A DNA stretch of 63,538 bases, filler included, from Klebsormidium nitens (Eukaryota > Plantae > Klebsormidiophyceae): the NCBI GenBank assembly GCA_000708835.1. It is 5 parts of 5 records of this genome, joined end to end, with 100 filler letters (N's around TTAATTAATTAA, not from the genome) between each part and the next. Parts side by side here need not be neighbours in the genome. Positions count along the whole stretch, not along the records: positions 1 to 10,662 come from DF237966.1; 4 more parts are not named here. The stretch is one strand, 5' to 3'. Position numbers and translations under genes: made by a program. The notes under the pieces are model-generated. The model ran no database searches and was not told the DNA's origin. It saw nothing but the letters and a program-made list of their open reading frames with translations. Positions 1 through 9,968 of the stretch are shown piece by piece (position 1 is the stretch's first letter; every line of letters starts with the position of its first letter).

Positions 1-191
1 TCTGAACATACTGTAGGTACCAATCCCGAAGACCATTGGATCATTTTGGAATGAACACTGTCGAGAAAGTGAGTAAGCAGTTTCGATCATGAGGCTCGTG
101 CAGTGCAATCAGCTTCGTAACCTACATGTTATCACGCTACAAAAATGAGCGTTTCTTGATGCGTCGATTTTTCTGTTAGGATAACAAGATC

Positions 192-1013
192 ATGAGGAAC
201 AGTACTGCTCTCTTCGCCTTGTATATAGAGAGCAGCGATCGGATGGCGAATGCTACTCGGACCCTGACTTTCTTGCTCGAGAACCTTCCTGGTATCAGCA
301 TAATCATCATAGAGGTCGGGCGTCCGAAGCTGATGGAGCTCGTCCGAAAGCTCAATAGTGATCATGATGAGCGAATAGACTACGAATTCATACCTGACGA
401 GAACCCCATCTTCCACCGGACCAAGTATCTCAATATCGGCTTGCGTAAGGTGCGTACTAAGGTGGTTATCATTCACGACATAGATTGCATTTTGCCGGTA
501 GATTCTTATGAGAAAGCCGAGGAATTGGTAGCTAGCGGTGATTACCAGATAGTCAGCCCATTCACGAATCCTCCAGGTGTTTACTACGTAGCACAGGACA
601 TAGCCGACGATCTTCTCGATATAGACAAGCATGATGCGGTCTTGAGAGCATCGAGACGTGGTCATGCGGGGAACGGCTTCGTGGTCTTTCTCGATAGCAG
701 AGCATATGCTCGTAACGGTGGTGAGGATGAGACATTCTTCTCGTGGACTTGCGAAGATGACAGCAGGATATACTGCAACGAAAAAATGGGATTGAGACAC
801 GGACGAGTAGAGGGCCACGTTTTTTATTGCGAACATTTCAGGGGAGTCAACAGCAGCAAGGAGAATCCTTACTGGCAAGCCGGGGAGATGCATTTCCGCT
901 ACTTGACCCGTCTAAACGCAGAACAAACGAGAGAGTACTATGCACCCAAGAAGATCGAGCTCACGGTAGGATCCAGCGAAAGTTTTCGAGGCGAGAAGCA
1001 AACGGGGGCATGA
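192..1013 (+). CDS. GT7/GT2-like (galactosyltransferase-type, GT-A fold) glycosyltransferase
   Basis: FHRTKYLNIG...VIIHDIDCILP contains the DxD motif; GEDETFFSWTCEDD resembles the Glyco_transf_7C WGxEDD region. Confidence 0.72.
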   Translation: MRNSTALFALYIESSDRMANATRTLTFLLENLPGISIIIIEVGRPKLMELVRKLNSDHDERIDYEFIPDENPIFHRTKYLNIGLRKVRTKVVIIHDIDCILPVDSYEKAEELVASGDYQIVSPFTNPPGVYYVAQDIADDLLDIDKHDAVLRASRRGHAGNGFVVFLDSRAYARNGGEDETFFSWTCEDDSRIYCNEKMGLRHGRVEGHVFYCEHFRGVNSSKENPYWQAGEMHFRYLTRLNAEQTREYYAPKKIELTVGSSESFRGEKQTGA

Positions 1014-1789
1014 GTCGGACAAACTTAGTCATCGTAGCTGCGGGCGATCATTCGCTGCATCTGGAATGGTTCTTCGCAGAGCGGTCGTTCGACCTGTGGG
1101 TGATTTACTACGGAGAACGCGAAGAGGTGAGGAGCAAGTACGAGTCCTCGTGCGATAGATTCTTCGTGGAGAAAGGCCTAAAGTACGAGATACTCAGGAA
1201 GGTCTTGACAAAGGTCGGTGATGACGTCCTGAATGCTTACCGAAACGTGTGGCTCCCTGACGACGATATAGAGATGTACTACGGGCAAGAAAGCGTGGAT
1301 ACGATGTTCAAGGTAGTAGAAGAGACGGGGGCTGACATCTTCCAGCCAGCGATCGGAAATGTTCTCACCCACCCGAGAGCGGTCCAGCACTTTTACTCTT
1401 CGGGATGGTCCGGCAGCCTTCTCTTGAAGAATGCCTTGTACCATACGGTGACAAAGGTCGAGATCATGATGCACGGATTCGGCAACCATACGTTCGTGCC
1501 GGTCTTCATGCGAGCCCTGCGAGACTACCCAGATCTGAAGGCTGGTTGGGGCCTGGAGGACGTCCTCCGAGAATACCTCAAAGAAGCGAAGCGGGAAAAC
1601 GGGCTTACCGTGGTATTGGACTGCGTTCCTGCCATCCACACCAAGGCCGTGAGCGAACACTCTGGCCTCCATGCTATCGGCCTCAATGAGCTGGTTAAGA
1701 TCCCAAAGGACATCTACAAGCCCCAAGAAATCCTGGAGGTCTTCATGGACCAGAACCGCAGCACAAATGAAGAGATCAGAATGTGCTGA
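1010..1789 (+). CDS. DUF707-like / GT-A fold putative glycosyltransferase
   Basis: Likely start is the ATG at 1010, which overlaps the upstream TGA. Motifs FDLWVIYYG, GLKYE, YRNVWLPDDDI, IFQPAI and GWGLE match the DUF707 pattern. Confidence 0.65.
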   Translation: MSRTNLVIVAAGDHSLHLEWFFAERSFDLWVIYYGEREEVRSKYESSCDRFFVEKGLKYEILRKVLTKVGDDVLNAYRNVWLPDDDIEMYYGQESVDTMFKVVEETGADIFQPAIGNVLTHPRAVQHFYSSGWSGSLLLKNALYHTVTKVEIMMHGFGNHTFVPVFMRALRDYPDLKAGWGLEDVLREYLKEAKRENGLTVVLDCVPAIHTKAVSEHSGLHAIGLNELVKIPKDIYKPQEILEVFMDQNRSTNEEIRMC

Positions 1790-2615
1790 TCACGGTCGAC
1801 CCTCTGAAGTACAGATCTTCCGTGTCGTAGCCGTGCAAGGTCCACCAGGGTTTGGGAAGAGTCACGAGCTTGTCGTCGTTGGGAATGAGGTATGCACCGA
1901 ACCAGGAGAAGGTAGAATTGGCAGCGATGCCCCCCAAACGACAGAGCGTCATCAGGCACAGTGTCTCTACCTCGTCGAGATCGCGCACTAACGTGACGTT
2001 GCTTCGGCCTTTGAAAGCGCGCATGCCTTCGCAATGCTCTATATCATCGCTCACTACGAACAATTGCCAGGTTTCGGCGGCGTACCGGTCTTCGAACATT
2101 TGCAATGCCTTCTCGTAGTACTTCGAGAGGTCTAAATAGTGTACGATATGGTCGAGAGTCAGATAATCACCACGCCGCACATGGATGAAAGCCCCACTCG
2201 TCACGCCAGGGTAAAGCTGGAGGACCCTCGAGGGCAGAGCTCCTTTGGCTAGTCCGAGCCAATCTAGTATGTCCTCGCGGCTTATCACGTCCTCGAAATG
2301 CTTGGCCGTCTGAAAGTAACCATGGTATAGCGTCGGCACGTCTCTAGGAGGGTATGTCACATGCCGCCAGGGACCCATGGGATCTTCGTACACTTGCGTG
2401 TACACCAACCTAGCTGCATCCTCATCTAACATAGGAGCGAAGCGCGCGAATACGTTGTCGAAATAATTCATGTCGCTGTGCCTATTAGGCTCTACCTGTA
2501 CTATCTTCAGTTCCTTGCCATGCCGCAGGGCGAATGCTCGAGCGAACAACAATTGAAAGATTTTGTTGCCGAGGCCTCCATGCAGGCGAATGCCGACGAA
2601 AGCCATGCTTGACAT
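1776..2615 (-). CDS. Alpha-1,2-fucosyltransferase (GT11 family)
   Basis: Canonical GT11 motifs GGLGNKIFQ, GYFQ, FIHVRRGDY, FVVSDD and IAANSTFSWFGAYL. Confidence 0.92.
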   Translation of the reverse strand: MSSMAFVGIRLHGGLGNKIFQLLFARAFALRHGKELKIVQVEPNRHSDMNYFDNVFARFAPMLDEDAARLVYTQVYEDPMGPWRHVTYPPRDVPTLYHGYFQTAKHFEDVISREDILDWLGLAKGALPSRVLQLYPGVTSGAFIHVRRGDYLTLDHIVHYLDLSKYYEKALQMFEDRYAAETWQLFVVSDDIEHCEGMRAFKGRSNVTLVRDLDEVETLCLMTLCRLGGIAANSTFSWFGAYLIPNDDKLVTLPKPWWTLHGYDTEDLYFRGSTVISTF

Positions 2616-2658
2616 ACGCATGCGCAATCGATCCGAACGATCTGACGCGGAAAGATGA

Positions 2659-3615
2659 TCACTTCCAGATGACCTTTACATCGATGTTCGCATCTACCAG
2701 GTACTCGACGAAGAACTTTGTCCATGACTGCTTAGAGTCCAAATACACTTTCCCTGGTGAATACGAGAGGCTGCCTGGGTATGACTTTTTGCCCCCAAAC
2801 TCATAGTGCTTGTGGAGGTTGAGAGAGAGCCGATTCCTTCCGAACCAGCACGGTATCTCATCGTGTAACGTCTCGATGAGCAAGTCGACGACTACATCCT
2901 GCCATTCTCCTTGCTTGACGATTTTCATCATCTTGTCCAAGTGCTCCCAGTGAGGTATCTGTAAAGTGAGGTGCATCCTAGAGAAATCCTCTCTGGACGT
3001 CAGGAGATCTACCAGGGCGCTGACCTCCTCCCAGGTCACCCATCTGATCGCCCCCACCACCAGCGAGATGCTACTCGACTCTGGACAGGCAACGAGCGTG
3101 GCCCAAGGTGTCTCTACACAAAAGTCCTTGATATCAAGAGTTTTTTGCAACATCTCGAAAAGAGTGCCGACCCCTCTTTCTATCAGCACCACCAATGTGG
3201 TCAACTTTGGAAACCTGTCGCTGCTCCCTAGCTCCCTGAAATCGAACTTGGAAGGTTCCAACCACATACCCCTCAGGTCCAGCACCAGCTCGCACAGCGT
3301 ACGGGTCTTCTCTGCATCTCTCAGCACCTCAAACCACGGCATCATCTTCCTGCCTCTGAAGGGATCAGAGGGGTTGCAGATAGCCAAGTGTGTCAGCCCC
3401 GACCTCACAGCCCTGCAGACCGCTCCGGACTCGTCCATCTCCGACGAGAATCGCAGGACAAGCCTAGGGTTTCCCTTCCTGTCTGCATCACGCGTTTCCC
3501 TGCACAGCAGGGGGAGCATGCTGCACTGAGGATACCGCTTATCTTTCCAGAGATGCTCAGAGTACCAAGCTAGGAAGCACTCGCTCGACAGGACGGATGC
3601 AGCCACACCCTCCAT
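2659..3615 (-). CDS. Hypothetical protein, weakly F-box/LRR-like
   Basis: ~318-codon ORF in a dense viral block. LPLLCRETRDA and FPKLTTLVVL are faintly reminiscent of F-box and LRR segments. Confidence 0.55.
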   Translation of the reverse strand: MEGVAASVLSSECFLAWYSEHLWKDKRYPQCSMLPLLCRETRDADRKGNPRLVLRFSSEMDESGAVCRAVRSGLTHLAICNPSDPFRGRKMMPWFEVLRDAEKTRTLCELVLDLRGMWLEPSKFDFRELGSSDRFPKLTTLVVLIERGVGTLFEMLQKTLDIKDFCVETPWATLVACPESSSISLVVGAIRWVTWEEVSALVDLLTSREDFSRMHLTLQIPHWEHLDKMMKIVKQGEWQDVVVDLLIETLHDEIPCWFGRNRLSLNLHKHYEFGGKKSYPGSLSYSPGKVYLDSKQSWTKFFVEYLVDANIDVKVIWK

Positions 3616-3839
3616 CGGACCCAAACTGCCGGTAATGGTGCGTTAGGGAGCCAGACGACACTGTGACTCGATTTATAGGTCGATTTGCGTCCGTCCGGGG
3701 AACGCTCACGCGGTTCGAATCGGGACGCGGCGATTGGTCCCGGCCACGTCACGACCACTGACTCATAATCGTTGCCGTCCGTTACGATAGGCTTATCGCC
3801 GAGCTAGGATGAGGTACGCGTCTCTCTCAAGGCAGCCAT

Positions 3840-4901
3840 GTGCACCATTATCAGCACCTTCATTTCATCAAGGAGCACATGCAAGGGGATCTACAAGCGC
3901 TACTCTCACATATGGAGAAAGGAGCGAAGATGCCGGTCTCCAGGAGCGCCGACTTTCCGATAGACCTGGATGACTGTCTGGATATCCTCAAGGGTCTCTA
4001 CAGCAGAAAGAACCATGTGGTCGCCCGACTACAGACTGCTTTCTTTGAGCCAGGGAAGGACTATATCGTGTCCAAAGTCCCCCTCAGCAAGCATAAGTAT
4101 TTCCTGACGCCATCTTGCCTCGTGAGATTGACCGCCCAGAGGGGTCTCAATGTCAGGAGGTATAAGAGAGCTCTGCGCAAGCAGGGAGGTGGACCGGACT
4201 CCTCAGAGCAGATGCAACCCGTCGTTGAGATGCTCAGAGAGTTGCAGAAAGAGCAGCAGATCGTTCGGACCGCGTTGAGCAACTTAGAGGAGAGGAACAG
4301 GGTTCCGAATGAGCAAAAACCCAGATCCATAGTACAGAGCATCGTAGACTGTGGATACTGGAAGGGAGCGGGTTGGGGCAAGGTCGATGAGCTGGTAGAT
4401 GGGTTCCGGGCTTGTGAGAGAGAACTGAGGGCGTCGCTGGAGATGGACAGGTCTCTCGTCCAGCAAGTAGAACCCGGGCTGTATGGCATGCCATGTCCTG
4501 ATGAGGTGAAAGGGTTGCGAGCTGAGGTCTGGGGGCAGCTGAGCACCGCACTGGGAAACTAGTATTCTCTACTGAGGACTAGGATAATCACAAACGATAC
4601 CCAGTCGAACGACCGACCTTTTCGAAGAGGGGTGGATTCCGTACAGAATCCGCCGGTGCTGCTGATCTTCGTGCTGCCGCTGGTGGAGGTGACCGCAGAG
4701 AAGGGGCCTATCGAGGTCCTGTGCCCGAATGGGAGCGTGGTGCTGACCACGAGGGTGGGCGAGATGTACGGTTTCGATGGATCCTTGGAGCATAGGTTCA
4801 CGGCTAATAGAAGTGCTGCATGCACGCCCGCCCTAGAGTTGAGCTTCTGTCTGTCCATTGCGAGGATCACGCTCATGATGGATCCACGACTCACTGGTTA
4901 G
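3840..4901 (+). pseudogene. MSV199-like DNA-binding domain fused to a PhyH-like 2OG-Fe(II) dioxygenase fold, interrupted by an in-frame TAG at 4560-4562
   Basis: N-terminal FPIDLDD...YSRKNHVVARL...FEPGKDY...YFLTPSCL matches the NCLDV MSV199-type pattern. The frame stays open from the TAG to 4901 and encodes LIFVLPLVEVTAEKGP and FDGSLEHRFTANRS, both PhyH-like. Confidence 0.55.
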
Positions 4902-4932
4902 ATACCATGAAGGACATATAGGGACAGAATAG

Positions 4933-5262
4933 TCATGCATATGTTTTGAAAAAATCAGCTGCTTTCAGCTGCCACTCATACTCTCCTTTTGGCTCGGAAT
5001 CGAGCTTGCAAAAAACCGTGAACAGCATGTTCTTGTATCTCGCTTCGCTCCTATTCTCCGGTGCCCTGTACCCCATGTCGTTTATGATCCATTTGTCCAT
5101 CGCGATCACACCATCTAGGACGTGTTGTGGAGCTCCAAACTCCGTCAGTATGTCTATCAGACCTGTGCTGTAATCGTCGTACGAAAGGATGTTCCTGCTA
5201 TCTCCGTCAGACATGTCTCCTGAAAGTACATGTAGATATTCTTCACGACCGAACGAATGCAT
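4933..5262 (-). CDS. Hypothetical protein (109 aa)
   Basis: ATG-started ORF filling the space between genes in the viral block; no recognisable motif. Confidence 0.5.
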   Translation of the reverse strand: MHSFGREEYLHVLSGDMSDGDSRNILSYDDYSTGLIDILTEFGAPQHVLDGVIAMDKWIINDMGYRAPENRSEARYKNMLFTVFCKLDSEPKGEYEWQLKAADFFKTYA

Positions 5263-5341
5263 GAGTGCCCATATTCGGCTATGTGACGCAAGATGATCGG
5301 GGATGTTAGGGTTCGGTGCATGTCACACCACATCGGACGCT

Positions 5342-6560
5342 TTATGCGATCAGAGCAGACAGGATGCAGCCGACGATCGCTACGGCGATCAGGGACTGCG
5401 ACAACGTCCCTGCGGAAGAAGGCTGAGATGTGACGAGGCTGGGAACGACCTGCTGGGGGGGAGGGGCTGGGACCAGACGCGTAGGAGCCGGGGCTTGGGC
5501 CGGTGCCGTTTGTACGTTCGAAGGTGCTTGTGCAATCGATGGTGCTGGCGTAATCGATGGTTCTGGACCGGCCGCTGGAGTGTCATTTCTTCCAAACCAC
5601 CATACATAAGGCGTCCCAGTAGGAACCAGAGGAGATATGGTGGCGTTGTTAAACTGGCTGGGAGCTGGGGACGGGTCGCTCTCGTTGTTGAACGAGAAGT
5701 ACGGCGTGGGCGTGGGAGCGAGAGTGGGATTGAGGCTAGCAGCAGTCGCGTTGGGAACAGGGGTGAGGGTCGAAGTAGGAGAAAGCGCGACGACGGGAGG
5801 GAGGGTGCTAGAGTTCGTAGGAGCTGCGTTCGAAAAGGAGAAAGATTGCACGTGAAAGGTGACGGGCTGCGAATCGGTCGGGCCGTTGCCAAAGTTTTGC
5901 CAAGCGTTCAGGTGGAGCCTCTCTTTCCCGCTGGGGACCGGGATGATGCTGGAATCCCTGGGCCCCCAAGAGAAAGAGTAACCCGTCTCCGGGCACGCGA
6001 TGGTCATCTGGAGCACAGTGGGGGACCATTGCAGCGTCAATACGGCGGAGGTCGCCGATGCCGGGATGGCGAACCGGTTAATGCGCCCGTCTACGTTCCA
6101 GGGGGCAATGACAAACTGAGCGTTGAATGGATTGAACGGGTCGCCGAAGCGAGAGGCTTCCATCATGTCTATCTCGCCGTTGTAGACAGGGTTCGTCTCG
6201 TCCCAGATGAATGCTCCGAAGACGATGTTCTCGTTGTGGAGCGCCAGGGCGTCTTTCACGACGATCTGATAGGTCCCGTATCCGAAACTCTCGTCGATCA
6301 TCACCTCGCTGGACATCCACGAACCGGAAGCGGCTTTGGCTACGCTCAAGAGGAGCTGGCCGGCGTCCGTCTTCACGTTGTCTGCCGTCCAATAACAGGG
6401 CCCTGGTTGCAAGGGCTCCAGAGAGTCCTTGATATACCACTTATGCCCGGAAAAGTCGACCGTTCTCTCCGTGATCCCCCAGGAGAAGGAGGCGTCCGCA
6501 TCTGGCTCGGAGCGTGAGCATGAGGAGCACGGCAGCTTGGAAGTAGAGAGCGTTTGTCAT
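5342..6560 (-). pseudogene. Membrane-anchored GH16 beta-glucanase-like protein (signal peptide, GH16, Pro/Thr/Ser stalk, C-terminal TM) with a 1-nt frameshift
   Basis: Catalytic motif GEIDMME is intact. The signal peptide MTNALYFQAAVLLMLTLRA starts at ATG 6560 and sits one base out of frame with VDFSGHKWYIK...PGPCYW. Removing one base from the C5 run at 6476-6480 restores a single ORF. Confidence 0.78.
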
Positions 6561-6582
6561 GGAGTGGTACTATATGCACAGA

Positions 6583-8553
6583 TTATTTAGTGCGAAAGAC
6601 GCATTGCAGGAGGCGGGCGAACTCGGGGGGAAAGACCTCTTCGGGCGCCACTTTCTGACGCAGCTTAGCTCCCACGCGCTTGGCCGTCCGAAGGGTCCCG
6701 GTGCAGTTGCCGGAGTGGGTCATAGCGATGAGGTGGAATTGCGAGGGGATGTCTACGATCTTGTTCAGGTCTCTTCCACTTAAGAAAGCTTTGCCTTCCT
6801 CAAAGTGGACGTCCTCCCATCCCTTCTCTTTCCAGAAACGCTTGGTATAAGCGAGGCCCGCCTCGGGTAGTATCGTGCGATCTCCGAAAGCGTCGGCCGA
6901 AGGCCAGTTGTACAGCTCTGACGTGCTGATGTCGTAGCAGAGGATGTTGGTGGACCCCACGCACTCGGCATCGTAGGTCAACAGGGACTTGACTCGCGCG
7001 GTTATGGCATACGAGGGGACCAGGTCGTCGTCGTCCATGTGGAGGAAGACGTCTCCGGTGGCGTTCTCGCAACCAATCTGCCTCTTCCGGCCGATGGTCA
7101 GAGCCCGAGAGTCTTTAGTCCGAAGCCGGACGAATCTCACGCGCTTGTCCGACCTCAGCGCACCGAGGGCCGGCTTGGCATCATGACCGACTTCGGAGTC
7201 GTCCACTATGACCCACTCCAGCTTGTCCTTTGGATAGTCAAAGTTCATAAAGTTGTTGACGGGCAGAGCAAAGAGCCTGTGGTGGTTCCTGGTGACCGTG
7301 ATCACGGACACTCGAGGCAGATCGTCTGGGTCCACCCTGTCCAGGCACAGCGTCCTACCCTCGTTCCTCACGCGAGCTTTGGGGATGCTCTTTCTCTCGT
7401 AAGCAACGGGATATTGCGGAGGTCTGTTGTACATGTGTAGCTTCCTGTAGTCCACGGCCCTGGCTTCGATGTCGCTGAAGCTTGGGATCTGAGAGGCCAC
7501 GGGCTTCAGGAGCGAGTAACACTGGATCGTCGGGTGCAGCTGCGTCTGATAGACCACGTCGACCGGCTGTATATCTTCCAGAGGTCTATCGATATTCGCC
7601 GCTAGCAGATCGATGGCCCGTGAGTATGTGTCCCTCTTCAACACGTAACAGTGCGTGGACAAGCAGGTGGAAGGCAACCACAGTCTCCTCTGCTCGGCGG
7701 ATCGTCGGAGCAGCTCCCATTTGCAGTCGAATATCTCTTGCGTGTCCGCCGAGTGAGGGGCGTGCACTGCGGGCATGAAGATGATCTCTTGCAACCTGGA
7801 GACGATGGCGGCAATGTTGGCTACTCCGATGAGTTGCGAGCTCTGCTCGCGGAAGCAGTCGGTCATCTTGGCTCTGTGATAGAAGTCCTTTGCGAAGCGC
7901 ACCCCCTTGACCTGCTGTCTGGTCGCTATTATGTCGGATTCCCCCGCGACTTCTCCGGAAACTATGTATGCATTGGAGTAGTCGGTGGCCCCGAATGTTT
8001 CGAAAGCGCTGTCGGGGCTCTCGTCCATGGTGAGCACCAGCACATCCTGTCTTCGGGACCTGATGAGCTTGTCCAGGTCGAGGAACGTGTGAGTGGGTTT
8101 GACCGTTAAGAGCCCAACGGTGTCGCTGCCCTCCAGTCTGGTGGGTTCTTCAAAGTAAATCCGACTGAGCGTCCCGCCGAGGTATAGCATGTTCGCCGGC
8201 AGGCCCGGAGGGCCGCTCGCATATTGCAGAGGATCCTCCTCGAAGCATACGTCGTTCTCGATTATCATCACCTCGTCAAGATCTCGCTGCTTCGCCATCT
8301 CGATGATGGCTTGATGCGACGTGCAGCATCCTCTCATCGGCGACTCTTCGTCCCTCTCGAACTCGACGATTTCGATCTCCAGGCCATACTTTTCGGCCTG
8401 TTTTGCGACGTTCTCCTCGCGGTCGGGTCGATCCTCCGTGTGCACGCAGAACATATGCATCCTTCCTTCTAACGACTGGAATAAAAAATTGCGATCGAAA
8501 GCCGCGGACGGGAGAGTATCAAGATTTTCTGTCTTTAGGGACAGACCCATCAT
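6583..8553 (-). CDS. Bifunctional glycosyltransferase: N-terminal GT25-like plus C-terminal GT2 domain
   Basis: GT25-like motifs: FCVHTEDRPDRE, RGCCTSHQAII, VMIIEND, LYLGG, THCY. GT2 motifs: PRVSVITVTRN, LEWVIVDDS, ATGDVFLHMDDDD. Likely start is the MMGLS ATG at 8553. Confidence 0.85.
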   Translation of the reverse strand: MMGLSLKTENLDTLPSAAFDRNFLFQSLEGRMHMFCVHTEDRPDREENVAKQAEKYGLEIEIVEFERDEESPMRGCCTSHQAIIEMAKQRDLDEVMIIENDVCFEEDPLQYASGPPGLPANMLYLGGTLSRIYFEEPTRLEGSDTVGLLTVKPTHTFLDLDKLIRSRRQDVLVLTMDESPDSAFETFGATDYSNAYIVSGEVAGESDIIATRQQVKGVRFAKDFYHRAKMTDCFREQSSQLIGVANIAAIVSRLQEIIFMPAVHAPHSADTQEIFDCKWELLRRSAEQRRLWLPSTCLSTHCYVLKRDTYSRAIDLLAANIDRPLEDIQPVDVVYQTQLHPTIQCYSLLKPVASQIPSFSDIEARAVDYRKLHMYNRPPQYPVAYERKSIPKARVRNEGRTLCLDRVDPDDLPRVSVITVTRNHHRLFALPVNNFMNFDYPKDKLEWVIVDDSEVGHDAKPALGALRSDKRVRFVRLRTKDSRALTIGRKRQIGCENATGDVFLHMDDDDLVPSYAITARVKSLLTYDAECVGSTNILCYDISTSELYNWPSADAFGDRTILPEAGLAYTKRFWKEKGWEDVHFEEGKAFLSGRDLNKIVDIPSQFHLIAMTHSGNCTGTLRTAKRVGAKLRQKVAPEEVFPPEFARLLQCVFRTK

Positions 8554-8908
8554 GGCCGTCCTGGACACACTCTTCTTCCTGCTGTCGTACATCTCCAACC
8601 TGGAGCTCTGGAGCTGGTTCCAGAGTGCGCTGCCGGCGTGGCCCGTCAAGAATCAGGACCTCGTCGACGCGGTCGTGTCCGCGCATTACGTGGACCCCGA
8701 CACCGGCCTCGACGCCTGCGTCGCGCAGCGCGTGAAGAGCTCGTTGCGGAGCGCGAGCTGCGACTATCTCAGCGTGAAAGACATCTGTCCAGAGCTCTGC
8801 GAGTTCTCGGACGAGGGGGCTCTGGTGTTACGTTGCAGGGTGGGGGTACGGAATTCGAAGTCCGAGAGCCCGACCTCGTTGACCTCAACGAGCTGCGGGA
8901 CCGCGTAA
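8552..8908 (+). CDS. Hypothetical protein (118 aa)
   Basis: ORF MAVLDTLFFLLSY... fills the gap before the patatin gene and shows the same GC3-rich codon use as its neighbours. Confidence 0.4.
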   Translation: MAVLDTLFFLLSYISNLELWSWFQSALPAWPVKNQDLVDAVVSAHYVDPDTGLDACVAQRVKSSLRSASCDYLSVKDICPELCEFSDEGALVLRCRVGVRNSKSESPTSLTSTSCGTA

Positions 8909-8942
8909 GGCTGTGGGACGAAATCTCTGGACCGAAAGCAGA

Positions 8943-9794
8943 ATGATGCTGAGAGCTCTCGTGTTCAGCGCGGCCGGAGCAGGAGGCTTCCTGCAGTTGG
9001 GGGTCCTACAAGCCCTTAGAGAAGCGCGCATGCTGACCGGCGTCCGAAAGTTCGTCGGGACGTCAGCCGGGTCCATCCTAGCCCTCATGGGCGCGCTAAA
9101 TATCTGCCCGAAAGAGGTGTTGCGGTCGGTCTTGTCTTACGAAGCGGCGCACTCGCTCCTGTTTTCCATCCGAATCTCCAAGTTGTTCACCGACTTTGGT
9201 CTGGACGACGGCGAGCGGCTCTTCGACTTCATCTTTAGCATTCTAGAACGCCTGAGTCCAGGATTCCGTGACCTCACTTTCGTGGGGCTATTACAGAAGA
9301 CTGGGAACGAGTTGCACATACCGACCACCTGCGTGACCACGGGGTCGCTGGTGCTCATGTCCGCGGACACCACCCCCGACCTCAAGATCGCAACGGCGAT
9401 ACGCGCCTCCTGCTCCATCCCTCTCATCTTCACCAGCCCTATCATTGACGACAAGCGCTTCTGCGACGGAGGTCTGGTAGCTTACAATCCCGTGTCGTTC
9501 GTGTCCCAAATACCTCCAGAGGAGAAGCTGGCCATCTTGGTACTGCCGGACTACGACCGAGAGGACGTGAACGACGTCCTGGCATTCACCGCTCGAGTCA
9601 TCAGGCTGGTGTGCACCTACCATCAACTCCAGGCCATAGAGCGGGAAGATTGGGTGTTCTCGTCCACATCGACCGACGGGATGGGCGTTACCATACCAGA
9701 TACGACCGCCATGGTGACCGATTTCGAACGAGGCCGAAAGGAGGCGGGCAGCTACCTTTTAAAGAGATTCAAGCCCAAGGATAAGCTGGATTGA
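8943..9794 (+). CDS. Patatin-like phospholipase
   Basis: Gly-rich oxyanion motif AGAGGFLQLGVL, nucleophile elbow GTSAGS, RASCSIPLIF and DGG. Confidence 0.93.
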   Translation: MMLRALVFSAAGAGGFLQLGVLQALREARMLTGVRKFVGTSAGSILALMGALNICPKEVLRSVLSYEAAHSLLFSIRISKLFTDFGLDDGERLFDFIFSILERLSPGFRDLTFVGLLQKTGNELHIPTTCVTTGSLVLMSADTTPDLKIATAIRASCSIPLIFTSPIIDDKRFCDGGLVAYNPVSFVSQIPPEEKLAILVLPDYDREDVNDVLAFTARVIRLVCTYHQLQAIEREDWVFSSTSTDGMGVTIPDTTAMVTDFERGRKEAGSYLLKRFKPKDKLD

Positions 9795-9968
9795 CGATAT
9801 AGGGCGGCGAGAGGCTTTCGTTGTTCAGAGAGGTATGGACACCACGGCCATGCTCATATTCCTCTCGTTCTTGGTCCCAGCGGCCCTCTTGGTATATCTG
9901 ACTTTGATGATCTCCAACCACAGATTCGCCATGCGGGCTCTAGAAGCACGTACCGAACAGCCTTGAAC

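Noticed and set aside
3700-3735. tRNA gene suggested by GGTTCGAATC
   Set aside because: The T-stem does not pair (CGCGG/CGGGA) and no D-arm or acceptor stem is evident.
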